From an uncultured delta proteobacterium (GTDB taxonomy: Bacteria > Myxococcota_A > Polyangia > Polyangiales > Polyangiaceae), in assembly GCA_963782055.1 (NCBI GenBank), contig CAWAIF010000003.1:3840001-3904000 (forward strand): a DNA stretch of 64,000 nt. The letters run 5' to 3'. The notes beneath the pieces are model-generated. The model did no database searches, had not been told where the DNA came from, and worked only from the letters and a program-made list of their open reading frames with translations. This document shows, in pieces, positions 1 through 8,228 of this stretch. Positions within the stretch are counted from its first letter, which is position 1; each line of letters starts with the position of its first letter. The position numbers and the translations under genes are program-made.

Positions 1-3
1 TTC

Positions 4-780
4 ATGACCGACGTCATCCAGCGCCGGGACGAGCGCACGCTCGTCTTGACAATCAACCGCCCGGAGGCGCGCAACGCCCTCACCCTGCCCGTGCTGAAGG
101 GCCTGACCGAGGGCCTCGCCGAGGCGCAGAAGGACGAAGGCATCCGGTGTGTGGTGATCACCGGCGCCGGCGGCCACTTCTGCGCGGGCGCAGACCTGCG
201 CAAGAACCTCGAAGACCCGACGGCCATGGACCGTCTGGACGAGTACATGGACCAGTTCCACGGGGTCATCCGCGCCATCGTCCGCTGCCCGAAGCCCACC
301 CTCGCGATGGTCGACGGCGCGGCCGTCGGCTTCGGCGCCGACATGGCCCTCGCGTGCGATCTGCGCGTCGTGTCGACCACGAGCTACGTGCAGGAGAAGT
401 TCGTCAGCATCGGCCTCATGCCCGACGGCGGCGGCACCTTCTGGCTCCCGCGCCTCATCGGCACGGCCCGGGCGATGCAGATGTTCTTGCTGGCAGAGAA
501 GCTCTCCGGGCCGGACCTCGCCTCGCTGGGCATCGCGATGCAGGCGGTGCCCGCGGCGGAGCTCGAGCAGACGACGATGGCGGTGGCCCGCCGGCTGGAG
601 AAGGGCCCCCCCCTCGCCCACGCCGCCATCAAGCAGGCGGTCTACGCGAGCTGGGGCGACCTGGAGGACGCCCTTCGCCGCGAGCGCGAGTCGCAGCTGA
701 AGCTCCTCCGTTCGGCGGACGTCATGGAAGGCATCCTCGCCTGGATGCAGAAGCGCGAGCCGACCTTCCAGGGAAAATAG
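4..780 (+). CDS. Enoyl-CoA hydratase/isomerase (crotonase family, PaaG-like)
   Basis: Crotonase motifs LNRPEARNAL-like, FCAGADL and AVGFGADMALACDLR. The GLMPDGGG segment has an Asp, as in PaaG-type isomerases. Confidence 0.9.
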   Translation: MTDVIQRRDERTLVLTINRPEARNALTLPVLKGLTEGLAEAQKDEGIRCVVITGAGGHFCAGADLRKNLEDPTAMDRLDEYMDQFHGVIRAIVRCPKPTLAMVDGAAVGFGADMALACDLRVVSTTSYVQEKFVSIGLMPDGGGTFWLPRLIGTARAMQMFLLAEKLSGPDLASLGIAMQAVPAAELEQTTMAVARRLEKGPPLAHAAIKQAVYASWGDLEDALRRERESQLKLLRSADVMEGILAWMQKREPTFQGK

Positions 781-788
781 GCGGCGGC

Positions 789-1805
789 TCAGTCCCGCTC
801 GCCCACCGACGAACCCTCGAGGTACGCGCGCAGCTCCTCGCCGGCGCCGTGACGGCCGATGCCGATCATCAGCTTGGCGAGCGCGCACTCCGGCGTCATG
901 TCCCCGGCGGAGATGGCGCCGGCGTCGGCCGCGGCCGCCCCGCCCGGGTACCGCGTGAGGTCGACGTGCCCGCGCATGCACTGCGAGACGACCACGACCG
1001 GAACGCCGGCCCTGCGCGCCTCGTCCAGCGCCGGGATGAGGGAGCGCCCGAGCTGGGGGAAGTTGCCGGTCCCGTACGCCTCCAGCACCAGGCCGCGCAC
1101 CCCCGCGCGCACCGCGCCGGAGACGAGCTCGGGGTCCAGGCCAGGGAAGATGCGCACCGCGAGCACGCGCGGCTCCAGACGATCATCGAGGGGCGCGAGG
1201 GGAGCGGGCCTCCGAACGTGCCCGGCCACCTCGGCCTCCACGCCGAGCATGGCCAGCGGCGGGCAGTTGGGCGAGTCGAAGGCGTCGTAGCCCCACGCGT
1301 CGCGCTTGATGGCGCGCACCCCGCGCAGCACGCGAGCGGCGAAGGTCACGGCCACCTCGGGCACGGGGAGCGTGGCGACGAGGGCGGCGTCCACCAGGTT
1401 CTCGCGCGCGTCCGTCCGGACCTCGGTGAGCGGCCGCTGCGAGCCTGTGAGCACCACCGGCTTCGGCAGGGGCCCCAGCATCAGCCCGAGCGCGCTGGCG
1501 GTGTAGGCCATGGTGTCGGTGCCGTGCACCACCACCACACCGTCGTACCGGGGGGAGCCGAGCGCCTCGTGGACGGCGCGCGCGAGCGCGGTCCAGTGCG
1601 GCGGCTGCATGTCGCCCGAGTCCATCGCGAAGACCAGCCGCGACTCGATCTCGGCGACCCTGCCCAGGGCGGGCACCTCCTGCACCAGGTCGCGCGCGAC
1701 GGTGTCGAGCTCCAGCCGGCTCGCCCGCGCACCGACCCCGCGGGCACCCACGCTCTCCCGCATGAGGAGCGTGCCGCCCGTCAGGAGGAAGAGCAGGCGC
1801 GGCAC
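789..1805 (-). CDS. ansA: Type I L-asparaginase
   Basis: Catalytic motifs TGGT and HGTDTMAY, plus PVVLTGSQRP, FDSPN, EAYGTGN and GDMTPECALAKL. Confidence 0.9.
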   Translation of the reverse strand: MPRLLFLLTGGTLLMRESVGARGVGARASRLELDTVARDLVQEVPALGRVAEIESRLVFAMDSGDMQPPHWTALARAVHEALGSPRYDGVVVVHGTDTMAYTASALGLMLGPLPKPVVLTGSQRPLTEVRTDARENLVDAALVATLPVPEVAVTFAARVLRGVRAIKRDAWGYDAFDSPNCPPLAMLGVEAEVAGHVRRPAPLAPLDDRLEPRVLAVRIFPGLDPELVSGAVRAGVRGLVLEAYGTGNFPQLGRSLIPALDEARRAGVPVVVVSQCMRGHVDLTRYPGGAAAADAGAISAGDMTPECALAKLMIGIGRHGAGEELRAYLEGSSVGERD

Positions 1806-1809
1806 GACG

Positions 1810-2406
1810 TCAGAACACCCGGGCTTCGACCTTGATGGTGTCGCCCGCCTGCAGGGGGATGTCCGGCTGCGCGCCGTCGGTGATGGCGTCCACGCTGATG
1901 GTGACGGTCACCGACTTGTCCTTCGCCGTCTGCCGCGTGAGGATGACGTGGTTGCTGTCGGCGATGGAGGTAAACCCCCCGGTCTGGACGATCGCGTCGA
2001 CCAGCTTCATCCCGTCGGTCCAGGAGACGCTCCCGGGCTTGTTGACCTGCCCGATGACGCTCACCTTCTTGGAGGCGTACTGCTTGACCAGCAGGGTGAT
2101 CTGCGGGTCGACCAGGATCTTCGCCTCCTTGAGCTTCTTCTTGAGGAGGTCGACGACCTCCTGCGGCTCCAGCCCCTTCACGTCCACTCGCTGGATGTAG
2201 GGGAAGTCGATCGTCCCGTCGGGGTTGACCCGGTACTCCGTGGGAAGGTCCTTCTCCCCCACCACGTCGATGTCGAAGACATCCCCCGGGCCGAGCTGGG
2301 TGCTCTGCACCGGCGTGGGCAGGTTGGGCGTGGGCGGACGGCCGCCGTAGCAACCCGCGAAGAGCAGCAGGGCGCAGACGACCAGGACGAGGCGCTTCAC
2401 GCCCAT
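1810..2406 (-). CDS. Short OPX/Wza-type polysaccharide export lipoprotein (Poly_export plus one SLBB domain, no C-terminal membrane helix)
   Basis: Lipobox FAGC, LGPGDVFDI, DGTIDFPYI, VSVIGQVNKPG and LQAGDTIKV. About 198 aa, ending in ARVF. Start moved to ATG 2406; the GTG two codons later is an alternative. Confidence 0.88.
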   Translation of the reverse strand: MGVKRLVLVVCALLLFAGCYGGRPPTPNLPTPVQSTQLGPGDVFDIDVVGEKDLPTEYRVNPDGTIDFPYIQRVDVKGLEPQEVVDLLKKKLKEAKILVDPQITLLVKQYASKKVSVIGQVNKPGSVSWTDGMKLVDAIVQTGGFTSIADSNHVILTRQTAKDKSVTVTISVDAITDGAQPDIPLQAGDTIKVEARVF

Positions 2407-2446
2407 TGCGTAGCACACGGCGTCGCCGGCGTTCAGGCCTGAGCCC

Positions 2447-3859
2447 TCACATGAACCAGCGGAAGCCGAGGTACGCCTCGAACCGCCGGTACGCCATGTC
2501 GTAGGTGTTCGGTCCGGGCCCTGTTCCACCCGCCGGGAGCACCCCTGCATTGGAGAAGCGCATCTCCTCGGTGTAACGGAGCGTGGTGTTCAGCCCCAGC
2601 GTGTTGCTGAACCGGTACTCGGCGAAGATCGTCGCGTCGGCCGCGCCGTTGACGAAGGGCTCCGAGATGGTCGCCAGCCCGCTGCCGGTGTTGGAGAAGA
2701 GGCGCGGGTACTCGCGCGCCCCGAAGCCGCCCTCGAGCGACACCAGCGCCCGCCCGGCGAAGAAGTACGACATCTTCAGGTAGCCGCGATCGCTGCCGTA
2801 GTACGAACCCAGGTAGCTCGTGGCGAAGTCGCGGTTGTAGCCGATGGAGAGGGAGGAGATTGAGAGCGTGGCGTCGGACATCGCCTCCACGTTCGGGTTC
2901 GGCGTCAGGAAGAACTTGGCCTCCAGCTGGCCGATGACGCTATCGTACTGCTGCACCGCCGCGTTCCCTTGCGTGTCGACGAAGCTCCCGCCGTAGCCCA
3001 CCATGGCGAGCAGCCCGAACCGCGGCGAGATGAGGCCGCTGAGGCCAAGACGAGATCGCAGGGGCGTTGAGTCGAGCAGGCCGTTGAAGGCCTGTGCCCG
3101 TTGCGTGAAGTTGTTGAAGGCGAAGTTGCCGTCGTAGACCACGGCGGTCTTTGGCCGGAACTTCCAGCTCCCTTGGGTGATGATCGCGTTCGATATGTTG
3201 TTGAACGGATTCGTTCCTGAGGCGTCGAGGAAGGTGAAGCGACCGCGATAACCGAGCTTCCAGCTCAGAAGGCCGCCGCCCGGCGACCACGTCACATCCG
3301 CACCCGCATTCAGCGTGTTGCGATTGAAGTTCACATCCGGGTTACCCGCGGAATTTGGTGCCACCGTCCTGTCGTAACCCGCCTCCAGCCCGAAGCTCCA
3401 CGGGCGCTGGGGCAGCACGTCCAGGCGACCGTTCACGTCCGCGGACAGGCCGTTCAGCCCATTGAGGTCGGTGATGACCTTGTCGCCCAGGAACGCACGA
3501 TACGTGGCGCTGATCCCTGCACGGAAATTGACCGTCGGCGGCTCGGCGTTCTGGTCGGTCTGCTTGCGCTCGGGCCCGAGGGTCGAGAGGTAGAGCGAGG
3601 GGGTGATGCGAAAGATCCCGGCGACGGCGGGGTCCGAGTTGGAAGCGCCCGCATTGTAGGTCCGGCGCAGGTAGTTGGAGTCGAACCCTGCCTCGCCGCC
3701 GACCCCAGGGTGCAGCTCGAAGTTGCCGACCTTGACGCCAATCCCTTCCGCGTACTTGCGGTCCGCCAGCCAGCCCTGGGCATGCGCGGACTTCGCCACG
3801 AAGAGTGGGGCGGCGAAGCCAAGAACTACGGCGAATATGGCGAGTCGTCTACGTTGCAT
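2447..3859 (-). CDS. Outer-membrane beta-barrel protein, likely the OPX partner porin (EpsX/Wzp-like)
   Basis: Signal peptide ending AHA-Q, alternating aromatic/Gly beta-strand pattern, C-terminal FEAYLGFRWFM. Sits directly upstream of the short OPX gene. Confidence 0.75.
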   Translation of the reverse strand: MQRRRLAIFAVVLGFAAPLFVAKSAHAQGWLADRKYAEGIGVKVGNFELHPGVGGEAGFDSNYLRRTYNAGASNSDPAVAGIFRITPSLYLSTLGPERKQTDQNAEPPTVNFRAGISATYRAFLGDKVITDLNGLNGLSADVNGRLDVLPQRPWSFGLEAGYDRTVAPNSAGNPDVNFNRNTLNAGADVTWSPGGGLLSWKLGYRGRFTFLDASGTNPFNNISNAIITQGSWKFRPKTAVVYDGNFAFNNFTQRAQAFNGLLDSTPLRSRLGLSGLISPRFGLLAMVGYGGSFVDTQGNAAVQQYDSVIGQLEAKFFLTPNPNVEAMSDATLSISSLSIGYNRDFATSYLGSYYGSDRGYLKMSYFFAGRALVSLEGGFGAREYPRLFSNTGSGLATISEPFVNGAADATIFAEYRFSNTLGLNTTLRYTEEMRFSNAGVLPAGGTGPGPNTYDMAYRRFEAYLGFRWFM

Positions 3860-3929
3860 TCGGGACCGCGGAGGGCGCGCGCGCAGCCTCACCCTTGGAG
3901 ACGCTTCATGGTCGAGCCAGGCACTTACC

Positions 3930-4529
3930 CTATCGAGAGCAAGAAACGCAACTCGGCGGATTCAGCACCTGGTTGGGATCGGGCGGGTTGTACTGCGTCT
4001 CGTCGTCGGGGGGGAGGGTCTGGTCGACGGTGGTGGTCACCTTGGACTCACCGATCAACACAGCCTCCTCGCCGATGCACTGGTTCGCCTCTGCGGTCAA
4101 CTGCTCCGCGCGCTGCCGGAGAACCGTCAAAATCGTGAATTCGTGGTCGGCCAGCTCGGTGTCGTTGCGCTTCACAGCGAGCTGCAGGGAGCTACGCCGG
4201 TCCTTGGCGGACCGCGTGGCGACGTCGATCTGGTTGAGCTTGTCGTTCAGGCAGAGGGTCTTCACCACGTCACGGGCGGCGCGGGCATCCGCGAGCTGAT
4301 GCCGGACGGTGGTCGCCGCCTGCTCCATCCGCGTGACCTGCTTGTCCGCCTCATCCAGCTCTTGCTGGGGGGTGAGCGTCTGCTTGCGCTGGAAGCCGAC
4401 CTGGCCGCTCCCCGTGTCGGACGGTGACGTTGTACCGGCCGCGCCCGCAGCCGTCTGCGCGCCTGCCGGAACGGCGGCCGCGCACAGGGCGACCACGGCG
4501 AGCCACTTCACTTTGGACCCAAGACGCAT
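3930..4529 (-). CDS. Secreted helical/coiled-coil hypothetical protein
   Basis: Signal peptide MRLGSKVKWLAVVALCAAAVPAGA, helical core with two Cys, C-terminal CVSC. Clear sigma70 promoter upstream. Confidence 0.75.
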   Translation of the reverse strand: MRLGSKVKWLAVVALCAAAVPAGAQTAAGAAGTTSPSDTGSGQVGFQRKQTLTPQQELDEADKQVTRMEQAATTVRHQLADARAARDVVKTLCLNDKLNQIDVATRSAKDRRSSLQLAVKRNDTELADHEFTILTVLRQRAEQLTAEANQCIGEEAVLIGESKVTTTVDQTLPPDDETQYNPPDPNQVLNPPSCVSCSR

Positions 4530-4556
4530 CAAGAATCCCTCCCAGCGGGTGTAGGC

Positions 4557-4585
4557 AATGTACCGACCTTGCCAAGGGGTGTCAA
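4557..4585 (-). promoter_or_regulatory. sigma70-type promoter for the 4529 / beta-barrel / OPX unit
   Basis: On the minus strand: TTGACA (4585-4580), 17-nt spacer, TACATT (4562-4557). Confidence 0.75.
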
Positions 4586-4679
4586 CGCGGGAAACCGTCG
4601 AGCTGGAGCCCACTTACGGCTTTCCCTTCCCCTTCGATGCCCTACGGCTCAGGCCCATTCACCCCCACGAAAATGCGGC

Positions 4680-4721
4680 AAAAATGGGCCGGGCGCCCCT
4701 CCCGGAGGGAGCGGCGGGCCC
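4680..4721 (-). terminator. Probable intrinsic terminator after the GltG-like gene
   Basis: Minus-strand GC hairpin GGGCC..CGCTCCCTCC/GGAGGGGCG..GGCCC followed by ATTTTT. Confidence 0.55.
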
Positions 4722-4742
4722 AGCCGAGCCGTGGGGGGGCGG

Positions 4743-6129
4743 CTACTTCTGCTGAACGAAGGTGACGGGGACCTGAATCGTCGAGCCGCCGCCGCCGGGG
4801 GCGTCGAAGCTGGCGTTCCGGGTCTTGCGCATGATGCAGGCCTCCACGTCGGGCGACAGGCCGGAGCCCCCCACCTTGCTGACGCTCTGCACCTCACCGT
4901 TGGGGGCGATCTTGATGGCCATCGTGAGCTTGCCGGCCATGCTCGGATCGTTCGCGAGGCCCTTGTTGTAGCAAGACCGGAAGCCGGGACGGAGCCGCGC
5001 GATGGTGCGCTCGGCGTTGGCGACCGGCGCGGACGAGCTGAGCGCGCCCATCGTGGCCTCGCCCTTCGGACCCTTGACCTCGCGCACGGTGCCGGAGCCG
5101 CCTCCGCCGCCGCCTTGCGAGACGCCGAGGCCCGTCAGACCGCCGCCCTTGGAGCCGGGGATGTTCACGCCCCCGCCCCCGGTGGCGAGCTTGAGGTCGC
5201 CGCCTGCGTTGCTGACGCCTGCCGCCGACTGGGCGGCCTGGCTGAGGTCGGTCACCGGGACGTCGCTGCGGTTGAGCGCGCCCGTCACCGCCGAGCTGCC
5301 GCCGTAGGCCGCGAGGAGCTGCATCGTCATGGTGTCCGCTTGCTGCGACATCGCCGCGGCCTGCTTCTCGCTGACCTTGCCCTTCGTCCCGGAGGCCTTG
5401 TTGGTCTCCTTCGGCGCGGCCTCCTTGGCGGTGGCGGTGGCCGTGGCGGCCGTGTCCGACGTCTCCGCCGGCTTGTCCTCCACCGGCGGCGGCGGGAGGT
5501 TCTTGGTCATGTCGATGAGACCCTGGATGCTCTCGTCTTGCACTACCGGGTCCATCCAGTCGGAGTACATCGCGCCGATGAACCCGAAGTGGAACATGAA
5601 GCTGAACGCCGCGATGATGGTGAGCGTCCAGTCGATCTGGCTGGCGAGGCCGCCCTTCACCGACAGCGGGAGCTGCGGACGAGGCTGCGGCGGCGGCGGC
5701 GCGACGAACTGGAAGAGGAACGTCGTCTCGCCGATGACCACCTTGCCGCGCGCCTCGTCGGTGAGGCGGATTCTGGTAGGCGGGGCCGACGCGACGAGCC
5801 TGGCCGCGGAGGCCGGCGAGATCGCTGATGCCGGTCGCGAGAGCGACGCGCCCGGTCATGCCGTCGACGAAGTTCAGGTAGTAGTCGCTGCCGATGAGCT
5901 CGAAGAGCTTGAACTGCGGGGGGATGTGGGGTGTCGGCACCACGAACATCGCGCGCTCGCTCTGACCGATGGTCACGCTGCTGCGCTGCTTGATGACGCG
6001 CTCCTCGATGACCCGACCGGACTGCACCAGGCCGATGCGGAGGACCTTCGGGCCCGTCTGCTGCGTGACGGCCCGCATCACCGCGGTCATCTGCCCGGGA
6101 CGACCTCCAGGCTGTGCTCCGGGGCTCAT
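4743..6129 (-). pseudogene. GltG/AgmX(PglI)-like protein (FHA-like N-terminus, TM helix, linker, TonB-C-like C-terminus) with a 1-nt frameshift at about 5771-5772; real lesion or sequencing error
   Basis: The N-terminal half (KVLRIGLVQSGRVIEER...AYQ) is in ORF 4894..6285. The C-terminal half (VVIGETTFLFQFVAPPPPQPRPQLP, TM, FRSCYNKGL...IAPNGEV...C...F) is in ORF 4743..5741. Removing one A from CAG-AAT-CCG gives a continuous YQIRLTDEARGKVVIGE. Confidence 0.8.
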
Positions 6130-6321
6130 GTTCGAATTCACCGGGGGCCTCCTCGGCAGCCCTGGGATCGGCTGCCACTCAGCGTTGGAGTACGAGGACT
6201 CTGAAAAAGTTCCCGACGCCGTCGCGGACGGTCCCGAGGGATGGACCCCGGGCCCGTGCCCAGAGGCTACACGACGCCGGAGCACCGGAAAAGGAAGAAG
6301 AAACGTGCGTGTGGCCGCCCC

Positions 6322-6894
6322 TCACTCCGCGGTCAGCCGCTCGAGCCGCTCCACCAGGCGGTCGGCGTCCTTCTGGAAGGCCTTGCTGGCCTTGCGCGCC
6401 CGCACCTGGGCCGCGATGCAGAAGGCCGCCCCGGCGATGCCGAACACCGCCACGTCGATCGCCCGCATGACGACGGCGTCGATCTCCGCGCCCCTGCCCT
6501 GGTCCGGCCCGGTGCCCGCGGCCGCCAGTCCGGCCCGGAGCACCCACACCGCCAGCAAGAAGCCGGTCGAGCTGGCGATGCTGGCGCACACCCGCGGGAC
6601 CCGCTGCCAGCGCTGCATGCGGTAGTCCAGCTCGGTGAGCTGCTCGTTGACGAGCGCCGCGCGCGCCGCGCCCTTCGTCTCCAGCGCGCCCAGCAGCTCG
6701 TGCTCCCACTCCGCCGCCGGGTCGGCGAGGATGGCGTCGCGCACCCGGGGGTAGCGCGCGCGGCCGGCGTCACCTCGCAACATCTGCAGCAGCACCGCCG
6801 GGCTGAGGGCGGTGGGCGCCACCGCCAGCTTCACGCGCCGGAGGCTGGCCAGCGCGCACCCGAGGGCGACGAGCACGGCGATCGCCGTGAGCAT
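6322..6894 (-). CDS. Membrane protein, possibly a degenerate MotA/TolQ/ExbB-like subunit
   Basis: Three hydrophobic segments. ELDYRMQRWQRVPRVCASIASSTGFLLAV resembles the TolQ E..LE..L..LA.IAS.AP..GL.GTV segment. Confidence 0.5.
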   Translation of the reverse strand: MLTAIAVLVALGCALASLRRVKLAVAPTALSPAVLLQMLRGDAGRARYPRVRDAILADPAAEWEHELLGALETKGAARAALVNEQLTELDYRMQRWQRVPRVCASIASSTGFLLAVWVLRAGLAAAGTGPDQGRGAEIDAVVMRAIDVAVFGIAGAAFCIAAQVRARKASKAFQKDADRLVERLERLTAE

Positions 6895-6898
6895 GCGG

Positions 6899-8218
6899 TC
6901 ACTTCTTGGTGCCGGCGGCGGGCTTGCTGGACGCCGCGGCCGCCGCGGCGGCCTTCGCCTGCTGCATCTCGGTCTGCTTCTGCGTGGCGCGGGCGATGAG
7001 ATCGTCGATGTCGTCGCTCACGCCGGGCGGCGCCTTCGGCCCGCGCATCTTCTTGTAGGTGTTCAGCTCCCGGATCGCGGCCCCGATCTGGTCGCTGGCG
7101 CTCATCCCGGGGAAGCTCGGCGCGAAGAGGTACATGAGACCCAGGTCGTAGTGGGGCTGCATGAGGGAGGAGTCGAGCGACAGGGCCTTGTCCAGCTCCT
7201 TCTTGGCGTCCGCCCAGCGACGCTGCAGGCGGTAGCAGTCGCCCAGGTTCATGTGCGCCAGCGCCGACTGGGGTGCGTACCGGATAGCGCTCTCCAGGAG
7301 GGGCTGGGCCTCCGTCGCGTTCCCGGCCTCCAGCTTCATGGCTGCGACCTGCACGGTGGCCTCCACCATGTCGGGGCGCTTGGCGTGGGCGGCCTCGAAG
7401 TCCTTCATCGCCGGGATGCGCTGGCCCGCGTCGCGCTCGATCAGGCCGCGGAGCAACAGCGCCTCCGCGTTGCCGGGATCGCGCGCCGGGCTCGCCTGGC
7501 CGAAGCCCTCCAAAATAGCCTTGAGCGCGTAGCTCGCCAGGTCGATGCGGCCGGCGCGGTAGTGATCGCGCGCGATGGTGACCATCGCGTCGTGGAAGTT
7601 GGAGTCGATGCGCAGCGCGTCCTGCGCGAGCTGCTGCGCGGTGGCGCTGTCCTTCTCCAGCGACTTCACCTCGGCGAGGTAGTTGGTGATGCGCGCCGAC
7701 TTGGGCATCTTCTGGTGCTTCTCGGTGAGGAAGGTGTCCGCCTCGGCGAGGTGCCCCGTGTGCGCGAGGTTGAGCGCGTACGCGCCCATGCCCAGCTCGT
7801 AGTCGCTCTTCGCCGCGAAGGACTGCTTGTAGGCCTGCTGCGCGCCGGAGTTGTCCCCGAGCCGCTCGAGCACCGTGCCGAGCGAGTAGAAGGCGGCGGC
7901 GGCCTTCGGGTCTGCCTCGGTGGCCTTCTTGAAGTCTGCCTTGGCCGTCTGCAGGTCGCCGGAGATCCAGGCCTTGAAGCCCTCGTCGTAGGAGCCCTTG
8001 GCGTCCGACGACATCGCCGCGTGCTCCTGCGGACCCTCCGTCACGCCGACCTGCGCGCCGTTGCCGTTGCTCACCGGCGCGCCGGCGCCGGCGTCCTCCT
8101 GGCCGGTCTTGCTCGGGTACTTGACCTGCTGCGACTGGTCCTCCCCGCCACACGCGACGAAGACCATCGCGCCGAGGAGGAGCGGGGCGAGGGGCAGGAT
8201 GATCGCGCGAAGTCTCAT
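6899..8218 (-). CDS. TPR-repeat lipoprotein (GltE/AglT-like)
   Basis: Lipobox FVAC and many TPR units (AFYSLGTVLERLG, AHMNLGDCYRLQ, PHYDLGLMY). Lies between a GltD-like and a GltG-like gene. Confidence 0.8.
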   Translation of the reverse strand: MRLRAIILPLAPLLLGAMVFVACGGEDQSQQVKYPSKTGQEDAGAGAPVSNGNGAQVGVTEGPQEHAAMSSDAKGSYDEGFKAWISGDLQTAKADFKKATEADPKAAAAFYSLGTVLERLGDNSGAQQAYKQSFAAKSDYELGMGAYALNLAHTGHLAEADTFLTEKHQKMPKSARITNYLAEVKSLEKDSATAQQLAQDALRIDSNFHDAMVTIARDHYRAGRIDLASYALKAILEGFGQASPARDPGNAEALLLRGLIERDAGQRIPAMKDFEAAHAKRPDMVEATVQVAAMKLEAGNATEAQPLLESAIRYAPQSALAHMNLGDCYRLQRRWADAKKELDKALSLDSSLMQPHYDLGLMYLFAPSFPGMSASDQIGAAIRELNTYKKMRGPKAPPGVSDDIDDLIARATQKQTEMQQAKAAAAAAASSKPAAGTKK

Positions 8219-8228
8219 GATGGCTCCT

